Source of the DNA: an uncultured Ignavibacteriales bacterium
GTDB taxonomy: Bacteria; Zixibacteria; MSB-5A5; GN15; FEB-12
NCBI GenBank assembly: GCA_964464605.1
Contig: CAYXJN010000001.1
Span: 379,068 to 443,067, forward strand
DNA: 64,000 nt
Reading direction: 5' to 3'
The notes under the pieces: model-generated
The model's input: the letters and a program-made list of their open reading frames with translations, nothing else
Told to the model about the DNA's origin: nothing
The model's database searches: none
Program-made: the position numbers and the translations under genes
Shown here: in pieces, positions 46,869-56,115 of the stretch
How the letters are laid out: every line of letters starts with the position of its first letter
How positions within the stretch are numbered: position 1 is the stretch's first letter

Positions 46869-48005
46869 ATGCCCTTTATCGCCAAAGTCCCCGGTCTTGC
46901 AGGCCGAACATGGACGTTCCTTTTAGCCACGTTTTTAGTACTCGGTCTTAGTGCTCATCGCGCCGAGGCTATTCCAACAGTAGTCGTAAAAGTAGCAGAT
47001 ACGACAGCACCCAATGGTCAGATAAACACGCAGATTCTGGTTTTCCTCCAGAATACTGCTGATACCATTGCCGGTTTCAAAATCCACCTGCAGCTTGATA
47101 ACCCCGACATCATGAAATTCCAGGGTGACAGCGGTACTGCTATCGATACCACTTACTGGGATTGCACGGCGTTTCAAGGTCCGAACTGCGTGGAATCTAC
47201 CTTAACGGTTCCAACCGCCAACTGGGATTTCCGCCATATCGATACCAGTGCTATTTTGATTGGTAACTTTGATACGGTTGGCACCCGTACCGCCGGATGG
47301 CAGTATGTAACCTCCCGTTCGCTTGGCGGTCAGGGGTACGACATCCTACTGGTCGGGCTTGCGGATGACCCGTTTGTAGCGGGTACAAAGCCGGGTATCG
47401 CGCCCAATCTTCCGGGTAACGTGCCGCTTCTTAAGCTGCTTGCCGACGCCAAGTATCTTTGCGATACCAGCTTGACGGGTGACGAAAGAAAGACCAACAT
47501 CGTCATTCAAACTTCGTTTGTGAATAATTTTGGTTTGTCGAAACCGAACGGTTCTGCTATCGGTATTGCATACCAGCATTATACGGACACCAATTATTAT
47601 TCCTGTAATCAGTGGGCAGGTTCGAATTGTATCGGAGGATGGACACAGGTATCCACCCCGCCCTTCGACTCGCTCGCTATTCGCAACGATTCATTCCCCT
47701 ATATTGATCCGAACGTAGTACTCGTCGACAACGGTTCGCTGACGATTTTGCCGGGCGCCTGTTATGTGTGCGGCGACATTAACAACAATTCCGCGCACAA
47801 CGTTACCGTTGCCGATTTAGTGTATCTTGTTCAATTTTTGTTTAATAGCGGTCCGGCGATTCCTTCGCCGGTCAATCGTGCGAACGTCAACTGCTCGGTC
47901 AATACCCAGGGAAACCCGACAATAACGGTCGCCGACTTGGTATACATGGTGCAGTTCCTGTTTAACGGCGGAGCAGTGCCCTGTGCGAACTGTCCGGTCG
48001 GTTAA
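46869..48005 (+). CDS. secreted cohesin-like + dockerin protein
   Basis: GAGGAGG RBS; VVVKVADTTAPNG..VFLQN..IAGFKIHL cohesin-like strands; duplicated CGDINN..TVADLVYLVQFLF / ANVNC..TVADLVYMVQFLF dockerin. Confidence 0.75.
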   Translation: MPFIAKVPGLAGRTWTFLLATFLVLGLSAHRAEAIPTVVVKVADTTAPNGQINTQILVFLQNTADTIAGFKIHLQLDNPDIMKFQGDSGTAIDTTYWDCTAFQGPNCVESTLTVPTANWDFRHIDTSAILIGNFDTVGTRTAGWQYVTSRSLGGQGYDILLVGLADDPFVAGTKPGIAPNLPGNVPLLKLLADAKYLCDTSLTGDERKTNIVIQTSFVNNFGLSKPNGSAIGIAYQHYTDTNYYSCNQWAGSNCIGGWTQVSTPPFDSLAIRNDSFPYIDPNVVLVDNGSLTILPGACYVCGDINNNSAHNVTVADLVYLVQFLFNSGPAIPSPVNRANVNCSVNTQGNPTITVADLVYMVQFLFNGGAVPCANCPVG

Positions 48006-48055
48006 TTAATGCGAAACTAATGTTGACTGAACATTACGAGTTTAGATAGAAGACT

Positions 48056-48081
48056 GCCCTGTCGTTGAAAAACGACGGGGC
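48056..48081 (+). other. intergenic stem-loop with GAAA tetraloop, no U-tract
   Basis: GCCCTGTCGTT-GAAA-AACGACGGGGC. Confidence 0.7.
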
Positions 48082-48306
48082 TGTAACCATACATACAAAG
48101 AGAAAGGAAAGGAGGATTTGTACAGAGGTACTTGTTACACGCTCAAAATGAAAGAACGATTGACCTCTCAAACTCGCTGTCGAAACAGTTGCTGCGGATT
48201 AGGTGGCTCTCATCCAATGCAAATACGCAAGACATCCCGAGGGGGAAACGTATTCGAGAGTGTTAATTGATCTAGAAACTGTTAACGAAGTATTTAGGAG
48301 CAAGAA

Positions 48307-50940
48307 ATGAAACGCATTTCGTTTATCCTTACAGCGCTCATGCTTCTTTCTTTTGGGCTGGCCAATGGCCAAAACCATGTCTCACTGGATGCGGTAAGTC
48401 CGTACATCGGTGTTGACCAAAAGATCCCGGTTCCTGCCGCCAACGTGGCCTTCACGTGGCGCTGGCAGTGGCAGACCGACCCGGGCGACGGCTTGGGCGG
48501 CTTTTCAATTGCGTACGATGTCTATTCTGCGGACGGCGCTACATGGACATCATTAGCCGGTACTTTTCACGGTAATTTCGGTCCGGTGTTGAGCGATTTC
48601 GGTTCGATGGGTAGCAACTATTTCATCAACAATTTCAGCGTCAACGGTGCAGGTAATGACACTGTTAGCTTCGCTGGATTTGATGGACCTGCCCCGTACG
48701 GAACGTTTGAATCTTTCAACAACCTGGCTACCGTTCTGACAACCGGTGCCGTTGCCGGCAGCGAAGCTGGCAAGCACATCTGCGTTGACTCAGTAACTGC
48801 CTACGGCGTAGGTGGTGACTGGTCATTCGGTGGTGGTATCACGTTCGGTATTTATACTCCGGATTTTGGTACTGGCCCGTTTGCCTCTCACTACACTGCC
48901 GGTCAAGGTTACTGTTTCGAACTGTATATTCCGCCAAACTTGAACCCTGCGTTCTCGGGTGGTACCTGTGTTGATTTCGGTGGCGATCACTGCGCCATTC
49001 TGCAGCACCAGTTCCAGGCCCAAGATCCGGACAACAACTTACCGCTGACTTTCTCGATCGTTTCCGGTCCTGGCACGATCAATGCGAACACCGGTGCCTG
49101 GTCATATCAGCCGACTTGCGCTGACGTGGCTGCTTCCCCGATCGCGTTGACTGTTCGCGTTACCGATGCTCTCGGCGGTTTTGCTGATTGCGCTGTTGAC
49201 GTTTCCGTCACCAACGTTGCCCCGGCCATTACTTCCGGTTGCGGCACCGTTACGGCGATTGGTAAAGGTCTCTCTGGTAATACCGACCTGAACGCAGCCG
49301 CTAACGACTGCGATCCGGTTGTCTGGTCACTTGGTAGCATCTCTCCGGCTCCGGTCGGAACGATCAGCATTGATGGTAACGGAACCGTTACGTTCAATAC
49401 CGATGATCCGGGCGACGGTGGCATTCTGTACACGGTTGAAGTGATTGCTTCTGACTGCGCTGGCGCGGCTGATACCTGCACCGTTCAGTTCGACGTTCTC
49501 ATTCTCACTCCGTTCTCTGTCAAGATCGAAAAGACCCACAACACGATTCAGGGTCAGCATGAATACGTTGACGTTACTTTAGAACAGGGTTCACAGCCGC
49601 TCGGAGGTTTCGACTTCCTGATCAGCTATGACGCTTCTGCTCTGCAGTTCGTTTCTGCCATTCCTGGTGGAGACCTTTATGACCAAGCTCCAGATGGTTG
49701 CGGTTGGGAATATTTCACCTATCGCTACAGCGCGTTTGGTAACTGCGGTAACGCCTGCGCTTCCGGAAAAGTCCGCGTGACCGGTATTGCCGAGACCAAC
49801 AACGGCCCGAACCACCCGGATTGCTTCCTGCCTGGTACCTTGCCGGCCACTATGTTTACTCTTGATTTCTTAGTCAGCGATAACCGCACGTTCGAATGCA
49901 TGTACGCTCCGGTTCGCTTTGTCTGGTTCGATTGTGGTGACAACACCATTTCTAACCCGCTTGGTGATACCCTGTACATTTCACGCAACGTGTTTGACTT
50001 CGACCTCATTGGTAACATTGCCGACTCTACCGGCACCTATCCGACCTGGAATGGAGCTCAATTATGCGACAATCCGAATCCGGACAAACCGGATCCAGTT
50101 CGCTTTATTGACTTCTATAACGGCGGTGTTGACATCGTTTGCGCCGACTCAATCGACGCCCGCGGTGACATCAACTTGAACGAAATTGCCAACGAAATCG
50201 CTGACGCGGTTCTCTACAGCAACTACTTCGTTTATGGTCTTGGTGTATTCAATGTAAATCTTCAGGGTCAGATCGCTGCCTCTGATGTGAACGCCGACGG
50301 TATTGCGCTTTCCGTTGCCGACTTGGTCTACTTGATCCGTGTCGTTATCGGCGATGCCAATCCGTTCCCGAAGGTCGCCCCGGCTTCTATCGAAGCTACC
50401 TACACGGTTGCCGCTGGTGAAATCTCTATTGATGCCACCGTGGCTGCGGCCGCTATCGTTGTTGAAGGCAATGTCACCCCGACCTTGCTGGCTAACAATA
50501 TGAATATGATCTCCAACTTCGATGGTACTAACACCCGCATCCTGGTTTACACCAATGTGGATCGTAATTCCATCGAAACCTTCTCCGGTAACTTCCTCGC
50601 CGTCAACGGTAACGTGATCTCAGCTGAGTTCGCGACTGCCGAAGGTGGCGTTGTGAACGCCGCGGGTAAACTGGTTGCTAACAAGTTCGTCTTGAACCAG
50701 AACTACCCGAATCCGTTCAACCCGAAGACCCGCATCTCCTTCAATCTCCCGAGCGCTTCTCAGTACTCGCTGACCATCTACAACATCACCGGTCAGAAAG
50801 TCAAAGAAGTCTCAGGTACTGGTGTTGCTGGTATCAATGAACTCGATTGGGATGCTACGAATGAAGCTTCCGGTATCTACTTCTACAAGTTGACCGCCGG
50901 TACCTTCTCTGAAACCAAGAAGATGGTATTCCTGAAGTAA
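48307..50940 (+). CDS. secreted multidomain protein: N-domain, two cadherin/Ig-like modules, Cys-rich cohesin-like domain, dockerin-like pair, T9SS type-A-like CTD
   Basis: AGGAG RBS, signal peptide; AQDPD..LTFS..G.IN..TG.W; PLGGFDFLISYDASAL; RGDINLN..ASDVNADG..VADLVYLI; LNQNYPNPFNP..SGIYFYKL..ETKKMVFLK. Confidence 0.85.
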   Translation: MKRISFILTALMLLSFGLANGQNHVSLDAVSPYIGVDQKIPVPAANVAFTWRWQWQTDPGDGLGGFSIAYDVYSADGATWTSLAGTFHGNFGPVLSDFGSMGSNYFINNFSVNGAGNDTVSFAGFDGPAPYGTFESFNNLATVLTTGAVAGSEAGKHICVDSVTAYGVGGDWSFGGGITFGIYTPDFGTGPFASHYTAGQGYCFELYIPPNLNPAFSGGTCVDFGGDHCAILQHQFQAQDPDNNLPLTFSIVSGPGTINANTGAWSYQPTCADVAASPIALTVRVTDALGGFADCAVDVSVTNVAPAITSGCGTVTAIGKGLSGNTDLNAAANDCDPVVWSLGSISPAPVGTISIDGNGTVTFNTDDPGDGGILYTVEVIASDCAGAADTCTVQFDVLILTPFSVKIEKTHNTIQGQHEYVDVTLEQGSQPLGGFDFLISYDASALQFVSAIPGGDLYDQAPDGCGWEYFTYRYSAFGNCGNACASGKVRVTGIAETNNGPNHPDCFLPGTLPATMFTLDFLVSDNRTFECMYAPVRFVWFDCGDNTISNPLGDTLYISRNVFDFDLIGNIADSTGTYPTWNGAQLCDNPNPDKPDPVRFIDFYNGGVDIVCADSIDARGDINLNEIANEIADAVLYSNYFVYGLGVFNVNLQGQIAASDVNADGIALSVADLVYLIRVVIGDANPFPKVAPASIEATYTVAAGEISIDATVAAAAIVVEGNVTPTLLANNMNMISNFDGTNTRILVYTNVDRNSIETFSGNFLAVNGNVISAEFATAEGGVVNAAGKLVANKFVLNQNYPNPFNPKTRISFNLPSASQYSLTIYNITGQKVKEVSGTGVAGINELDWDATNEASGIYFYKLTAGTFSETKKMVFLK

Positions 50941-50960
50941 TTCAGGTTTTCCTCTGATTC

Positions 50961-50996
50961 CCCCGGAAAGGTTAACCCCTTTCCGGGGTTTTTTTT
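50961..50996 (+). terminator. intrinsic terminator
   Basis: CCCCGGAAAGG/CCTTTCCGGGG then T8. Confidence 0.9.
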
Positions 50997-51140
50997 ATCG
51001 AAAGGAGTAAAGAGAAATCACTAGATAACAATTGAAAGTCAGTATAAAAGGATACCACTGTACTATGCGTGACCGATTCCAGCACATCTTTTGTGCATCC
51101 AAATCTGAATCAGGTCATTTTTTATGGCCGCCAATTCGAC

Positions 51141-51169
51141 TCGACAAAAATCCGAAAAACACCTATCTT
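51141..51169 (+). promoter_or_regulatory. putative sigma70 promoter
   Basis: TCGACA-17nt-TATCTT upstream of 51213. Confidence 0.45.
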
Positions 51170-51212
51170 CCATGCGCAGAGTTGGAACGGGTACAACTGA
51201 AAGGAATGTTGT

Positions 51213-52073
51213 ATGAAACGTAGTGCAATTTTCTCATTCATTACTTTTCTCATGGTCGCAAATATCAGCGTGGGGCAAAACGCGGTGTCAATAGATTCGA
51301 TTTCTGGTTTTATGGCACCGAACAAGATACCCGTCGGGCAGCCGGTTCGATTTTCATTCCGTTACACCGGGAGTGCGCCATCCGGGGAGCTTTTGTTTGG
51401 TTTCACTACCGCCTTTGATTTGTATTCTCCGGGCGGAGCTACGTGGACGGTCCCGACGTTCACTGTGGCAAACAATCCGGCGGCAATGGGACTGCGGAAT
51501 GAATGGGGGCCAATAAATTTTTTCATTAACTCATATAATGCCAACGGTAGCGGTCATGATACGCTTTCACTATTTGCCAGCGACTATACCGATCCGTGGG
51601 AAGGCATAACGTCCTTTGATGACCAATTGATGGATCTAACGGTTCCTGCATTTCCGCAAGCTGATACAGGTAAGGCAATTTGTATTGATTCATGCTCCTG
51701 GTTTTCATCGGGAATGTTTCATTGGTCATTTGCTACTGTTAAAGAAGGTGAGGGACAACTTTTTGAACGTCCTGCAACGTATGGCACTGGTCCTTATGCC
51801 GCGAATTACACCGCCGGAATGGGATATTGTTTTACACTAGCCACTCCGCCGTACATCTGTGGCGACATTAACAATAACGGGACTGTAACCGTTGCAGATA
51901 TGGTGTATTTGATTCAATATTTCTTTAATTCCGGACCGGCCATTCCTGCGCCTACCGCGCGAGCGAATGTGAACTGTCTGGGTGATCCAAACCGACCGAC
52001 GATTGCTGATAATACTTACTTAGTGAGCTATTTGTTTAACAACGGCCCTGTGCCGTGCGCGAATTGCCCGTAA
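51213..52073 (+). CDS. secreted protein: N-domain paralogous to 48307 plus dockerin paralogous to 46869
   Basis: FDLYSPGGATW..ICIDS..GTGPYAANYTAGMGYCF; CGDINNNGTVTVADMVYLIQYFFNSGPAIP..GPVPCANCP. Confidence 0.8.
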   Translation: MKRSAIFSFITFLMVANISVGQNAVSIDSISGFMAPNKIPVGQPVRFSFRYTGSAPSGELLFGFTTAFDLYSPGGATWTVPTFTVANNPAAMGLRNEWGPINFFINSYNANGSGHDTLSLFASDYTDPWEGITSFDDQLMDLTVPAFPQADTGKAICIDSCSWFSSGMFHWSFATVKEGEGQLFERPATYGTGPYAANYTAGMGYCFTLATPPYICGDINNNGTVTVADMVYLIQYFFNSGPAIPAPTARANVNCLGDPNRPTIADNTYLVSYLFNNGPVPCANCP

Positions 52074-52114
52074 TACTTTTCTTTGCTGCATAAAAAGGAG
52101 TTGTTTTTCTGCGT

Positions 52115-55100
52115 ATGAGCCGTCGCATATTCGCAGTGGCCTTTCTTGTGTTTATTTTTTGTTCTGCGGTTCATGCAGAGAATGCAATTTCATTTTGGGG
52201 TTCTTCCAGTTCAGAAACCAATACGATTGAAGTTGGTAAATGGGTTGCGTTTACATTCCAAACGCGTACTGAGTTTGATACCTGCGACGGATGGGAGAGT
52301 TTTTCCAATACCTTTGATTTGTATTCACCAGATAATGCTATCTGGGCTGCTGCCACGCAGGAACACCTCTTTGGTTCGGGCTACCTGTTTGAACTGGCTC
52401 GCGATTGGGGACGTAATAATTTAGGAATGAATACCTATAACTGGAATGGCAACGACCACGATACACTTGAAGTGTTCGGGCGTGACGGTATTGCTCCCTT
52501 CGGGCAAATAGCTTCGTTTACCGGATATCTTCATATCACCATAGACAGCTTCTCAAGCTCTGATGTCGGAAAAACATTTTGCATCGATTCCTGTACGACC
52601 ATTCAGCGCAAGAAAACATGGATATACGGAGCATACAAAAGTGATCGGTGCTATTCCCCCGATTTTGGCGGCGGGCCGCATGCATATGCATATACGCCGG
52701 GCCAGGGATATTGTTTTACGTTGGTTCCTCCGCAAACCTGGGCACCGACAATCATCACCTGTCCCTCCATTCCAATACAATTGTATTTTGATTCGACACA
52801 ACATTTCACTGTTGAAGCAACGAAGGGTCACTGCGATTCGATGTTTTGGTCAATCGGTGCTGTCAATCCGACTCCTTCCGGTTCATTGTCAATCAACCAA
52901 AATGGAGAAGTGACCTTTACTCCCAATGAGCAGGATAGATTTAACCTTTATAATGTCGAAGTGATCGCTTCTGATTGCTCAGGTATGGCCGATACTTGTG
53001 TTGTCTACTTTGAGGTGCTTCCCGCGACACCCTACAGCATCAAAATCGAAACCGTACATAACAGCCTTTTTGGTGTTAACCAGAGTGTCGATGTTACCCT
53101 GACAGGCGGGAGCCAGCCACTGGGCGGGTTTGACCTCGTTATCGCTATTGATTCAGCTATGCAATTCGTCGATGTCACTCCCGGCAATCCATTCTTTGGC
53201 GACTCCTCCTGCGCGTGGGAGTATTTTACCTACCGCTATCAACCATCCGGCGGAAGTTGCAATGGTGGCACGTGTGATTTTGCGCGCATACGGGTTACCG
53301 GCATAGCTGAAACAAATAATGGCGCGGTCCATCCGAGTTGTTTTTTACCCGATACGCTCCCGGCAACGCTGTTCACGCTTAATCTTATTCCCGGGTTTCA
53401 GGATCCCTGTCACTCTCAGTGCGAGTTTTATCCGATTCGCTTTATCTGGCTTAATTGCGGAGACAATACTATTGCGAATCCCGCAGGCGACACGCTTTAT
53501 ATTTCCCGGCAGGTATTTGATTACGCTACCGGAAACAGTAATATCGCCGATTCCACCGGAACATATCCGACTTGGAGAGGAGCGCAGCTTTGCGACAATC
53601 CGAACCCTAACAAACCGGACCCGGTTCGCTTCATTGATTTCAATCATGGCGGGATCGATATGGTCTGCGCTGATTCCATAGATGCGCGGGGGGATATCAA
53701 CCTCAATGAAATTTCATACGAGCCCGGCGATGCAGAACTGTTCGTGAAGTACTTTATGGAAGGGGTTAGTGCTTTTGTTATCAATACCCAGGGACAAATA
53801 GCGGCGTCAAATGTAAATGGGGATACCATCCCGCTTTCCGTTGCTGATTTAGTGTATCTTATCAATGGCATCATCAAAGACAGTGTTCCTTGTCCGATCC
53901 CTTCACCTCCGCCTATTACCACAGACTATCATATCTGTAACGACACAGTTTCAGTGAGTGAAGCAGTTGGAGCGGCATTTTTTGTCGCGAAAGGGCATGT
54001 TATGCCAACTTTGCTTTCTACCAATATGGAGATGGCATACAGCTTCGATGGTGTGAATACGCGAATACTTGTGTATCCCGATCCGTACGCCGAGACATTA
54101 CAATCATTTTCCGGATATATTATTGCGGATATCGGCACGCTTGTTTCAGCAGAGTTTGGCTCACCGGAAGGTGGTTTGGTCAATGCGCAGTTGGATATCT
54201 TGGATTGTGGTAAACCGGCCCCTGATACGACTTCGCTGACCGTTCGCATCGAAAAAACGAAGGGTACTTATCAAGGACAGGATGAATGGGTTGATGTTAT
54301 TCTTGATAAAGGGACACAAGAGCTAGGCGGTTTTGATTTTTTGATTGCCTATGATAATCGCGCGCTTCGTGTGGATGCGGTCATGCCGAACCGGGAACTG
54401 TTTTATGATTCGACCGGGTGCGGATGGGAATATTTCACCTATCGGTATAGTGAATTCGGTGACTGCGGCAGCGCCTGCGCGACGGGAAAAATTCGTGTGC
54501 TCGGCATTGCCCATGATAACGCCGGAATCGGATATCCTCGCTGTTTCATTCCGCCAACGCTTCCGTTTGTATTATTTAGTTTCAATTTCCTTGTGACCGA
54601 TGACCGGACGTATGAATGCGCGTTTCTGCCAATTCGCTTTGTCTGGTTTGATTGCGGAGATAACCTGTTTGCCAACGTTCCGGGTGATACCGTGTTTATG
54701 TCTCGGATGGTGCAGGATACCCTGGGCGGTAACAATATTGCCAACACATCAGATACCTATCCAACCTTTGCAGGGGCACAGCAGTGCGCTGATCTGCAAA
54801 GATCAGGTTGGATTCGTAATGTAGATTTTATCAGCGGTGGTATACAGACTCAATGCTATAATACCATAGATGCGCGTGGCGACATTAATCTGAATGAAAT
54901 AAGCAACGAGGTAGAAGACTTTACATTGTTCAGCACGTACTTCCTGTATGGTATTGGTGTTTTCAACGTTAATGTGCATGGGCAAACGGCAGCGACCGAT
55001 GTCAACGCTGATGGAAAAGAGCTCACGCTTGCGGATTTAGTCTATCTTGGTAAAGTAGTGGTTGGTGATGGTCACCCCTTCCCGAAAACATCGCCACCCG

Positions 55101-55660
55101 AAATGGATGCCTCCTACACTATCGCCAACGGCAAAATATCTATCGACTCAACTGTAGCTGCTGCGGTAATTGTAGTAGCAGGCAATGTTACGCCGAGCTT
55201 GCTGGCTCCGAACATGGATATGCAGTATGCCTTCGATGGCACGAACACGCATATTTTAGTCTATACCGATATTTCTGATCGAATGACGATTGAAACATTC
55301 ACCGGTTCGTTTCTATCAGTTACCGGAGAGATTGTTTCAATTGAATTTGCCACACCTGACGGAGGAGTGGTGAATGCATCCCGTGCAGGCGGCAGCCTGC
55401 AAAGCTTCATACTGGGACAGAATTATCCGAACCCGTTTAACGCAACCACCCGTATTTCGTTTTCCCTGCCGCAGGCGGGTATGTACACGCTAAGTATTTA
55501 CAATATTACCGGTCAAACGGTGTTCGAATATCACACCATGGGAACTACCGGGATTAACGCAGTGGACTGGACGGCGGAAAAGCAGGCATCCGGTGTCTAT
55601 TTTTACAAGCTGACGTACAGTAATGTCTCGGAAACCAAGAAAATGATTTTTCTCAAGTAA
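52115..55660 (+). CDS. paralog of 48307 with tandem (cohesin-like + dockerin-like) x2 and T9SS-like CTD
   Basis: Two copies of LGGFD..C.WEYFTYRY..CGDN..IDARGDINLNEI..ADLVYL; LGQNYPNPFN..ETKKMIFLK. Confidence 0.85.
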   Translation: MSRRIFAVAFLVFIFCSAVHAENAISFWGSSSSETNTIEVGKWVAFTFQTRTEFDTCDGWESFSNTFDLYSPDNAIWAAATQEHLFGSGYLFELARDWGRNNLGMNTYNWNGNDHDTLEVFGRDGIAPFGQIASFTGYLHITIDSFSSSDVGKTFCIDSCTTIQRKKTWIYGAYKSDRCYSPDFGGGPHAYAYTPGQGYCFTLVPPQTWAPTIITCPSIPIQLYFDSTQHFTVEATKGHCDSMFWSIGAVNPTPSGSLSINQNGEVTFTPNEQDRFNLYNVEVIASDCSGMADTCVVYFEVLPATPYSIKIETVHNSLFGVNQSVDVTLTGGSQPLGGFDLVIAIDSAMQFVDVTPGNPFFGDSSCAWEYFTYRYQPSGGSCNGGTCDFARIRVTGIAETNNGAVHPSCFLPDTLPATLFTLNLIPGFQDPCHSQCEFYPIRFIWLNCGDNTIANPAGDTLYISRQVFDYATGNSNIADSTGTYPTWRGAQLCDNPNPNKPDPVRFIDFNHGGIDMVCADSIDARGDINLNEISYEPGDAELFVKYFMEGVSAFVINTQGQIAASNVNGDTIPLSVADLVYLINGIIKDSVPCPIPSPPPITTDYHICNDTVSVSEAVGAAFFVAKGHVMPTLLSTNMEMAYSFDGVNTRILVYPDPYAETLQSFSGYIIADIGTLVSAEFGSPEGGLVNAQLDILDCGKPAPDTTSLTVRIEKTKGTYQGQDEWVDVILDKGTQELGGFDFLIAYDNRALRVDAVMPNRELFYDSTGCGWEYFTYRYSEFGDCGSACATGKIRVLGIAHDNAGIGYPRCFIPPTLPFVLFSFNFLVTDDRTYECAFLPIRFVWFDCGDNLFANVPGDTVFMSRMVQDTLGGNNIANTSDTYPTFAGAQQCADLQRSGWIRNVDFISGGIQTQCYNTIDARGDINLNEISNEVEDFTLFSTYFLYGIGVFNVNVHGQTAATDVNADGKELTLADLVYLGKVVVGDGHPFPKTSPPEMDASYTIANGKISIDSTVAAAVIVVAGNVTPSLLAPNMDMQYAFDGTNTHILVYTDISDRMTIETFTGSFLSVTGEIVSIEFATPDGGVVNASRAGGSLQSFILGQNYPNPFNATTRISFSLPQAGMYTLSIYNITGQTVFEYHTMGTTGINAVDWTAEKQASGVYFYKLTYSNVSETKKMIFLK

Positions 55661-55793
55661 CATGGAATAGTATGTACGTATATCAGGCACCTTACCCCTA
55701 TTAGACTTTTCTGCTTTAGACTGGGAGCTAAAAGCCCCTAAAAGGGTAGGCAAAACTACCCCTAAAAATCGACTTTTTTCGCAGTTTTTGCGG

Positions 55794-55820
55794 CATAGGC
55801 AGGAGATCCTCCTGCCTATG
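55794..55820. other. perfect 12-bp inverted repeat upstream of a promoter
   Basis: CATAGGCAGGAG-ATC-CTCCTGCCTATG. Confidence 0.6.
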
Positions 55821-55861
55821 AATATTCTTCATTTTTCTTCCTATTTTGGGGTGTCAGACCG

Positions 55862-55890
55862 TTGCATAAAAGTTCCCCTGCATATATATT
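55862..55890 (+). promoter_or_regulatory. putative sigma70 promoter
   Basis: TTGCAT-17nt-TATATT, about 225 nt before ATG 56116. Confidence 0.6.
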
Positions 55891-56115
55891 CAGGTACGTT
55901 ACTAACTTCTTACGTTCTTGTTTGGGAGCTTATCGCTCATTAGTTATCAGTAATTCAGGCGCCGGACGACGCCAGCAAAAACAGTTCAACACATGCCCTT
56001 AGACGGACCTATGGGCGTCCACCCATACAAGTATTTCTTGTATGATGAGCAGGCTGGGAACGGACGTGCAGAAAAGGTGAACAATATCCAGGCTTGGTCT
56101 GGTTATTGCTGAATT

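Noticed and set aside
48118..48270. 50-codon ORF with four Cys after a purine-rich tract
   Set aside because: GGAGG is only 2 nt from the TTG, no recognisable motif, and the region is better explained as structured RNA; not fully excluded.
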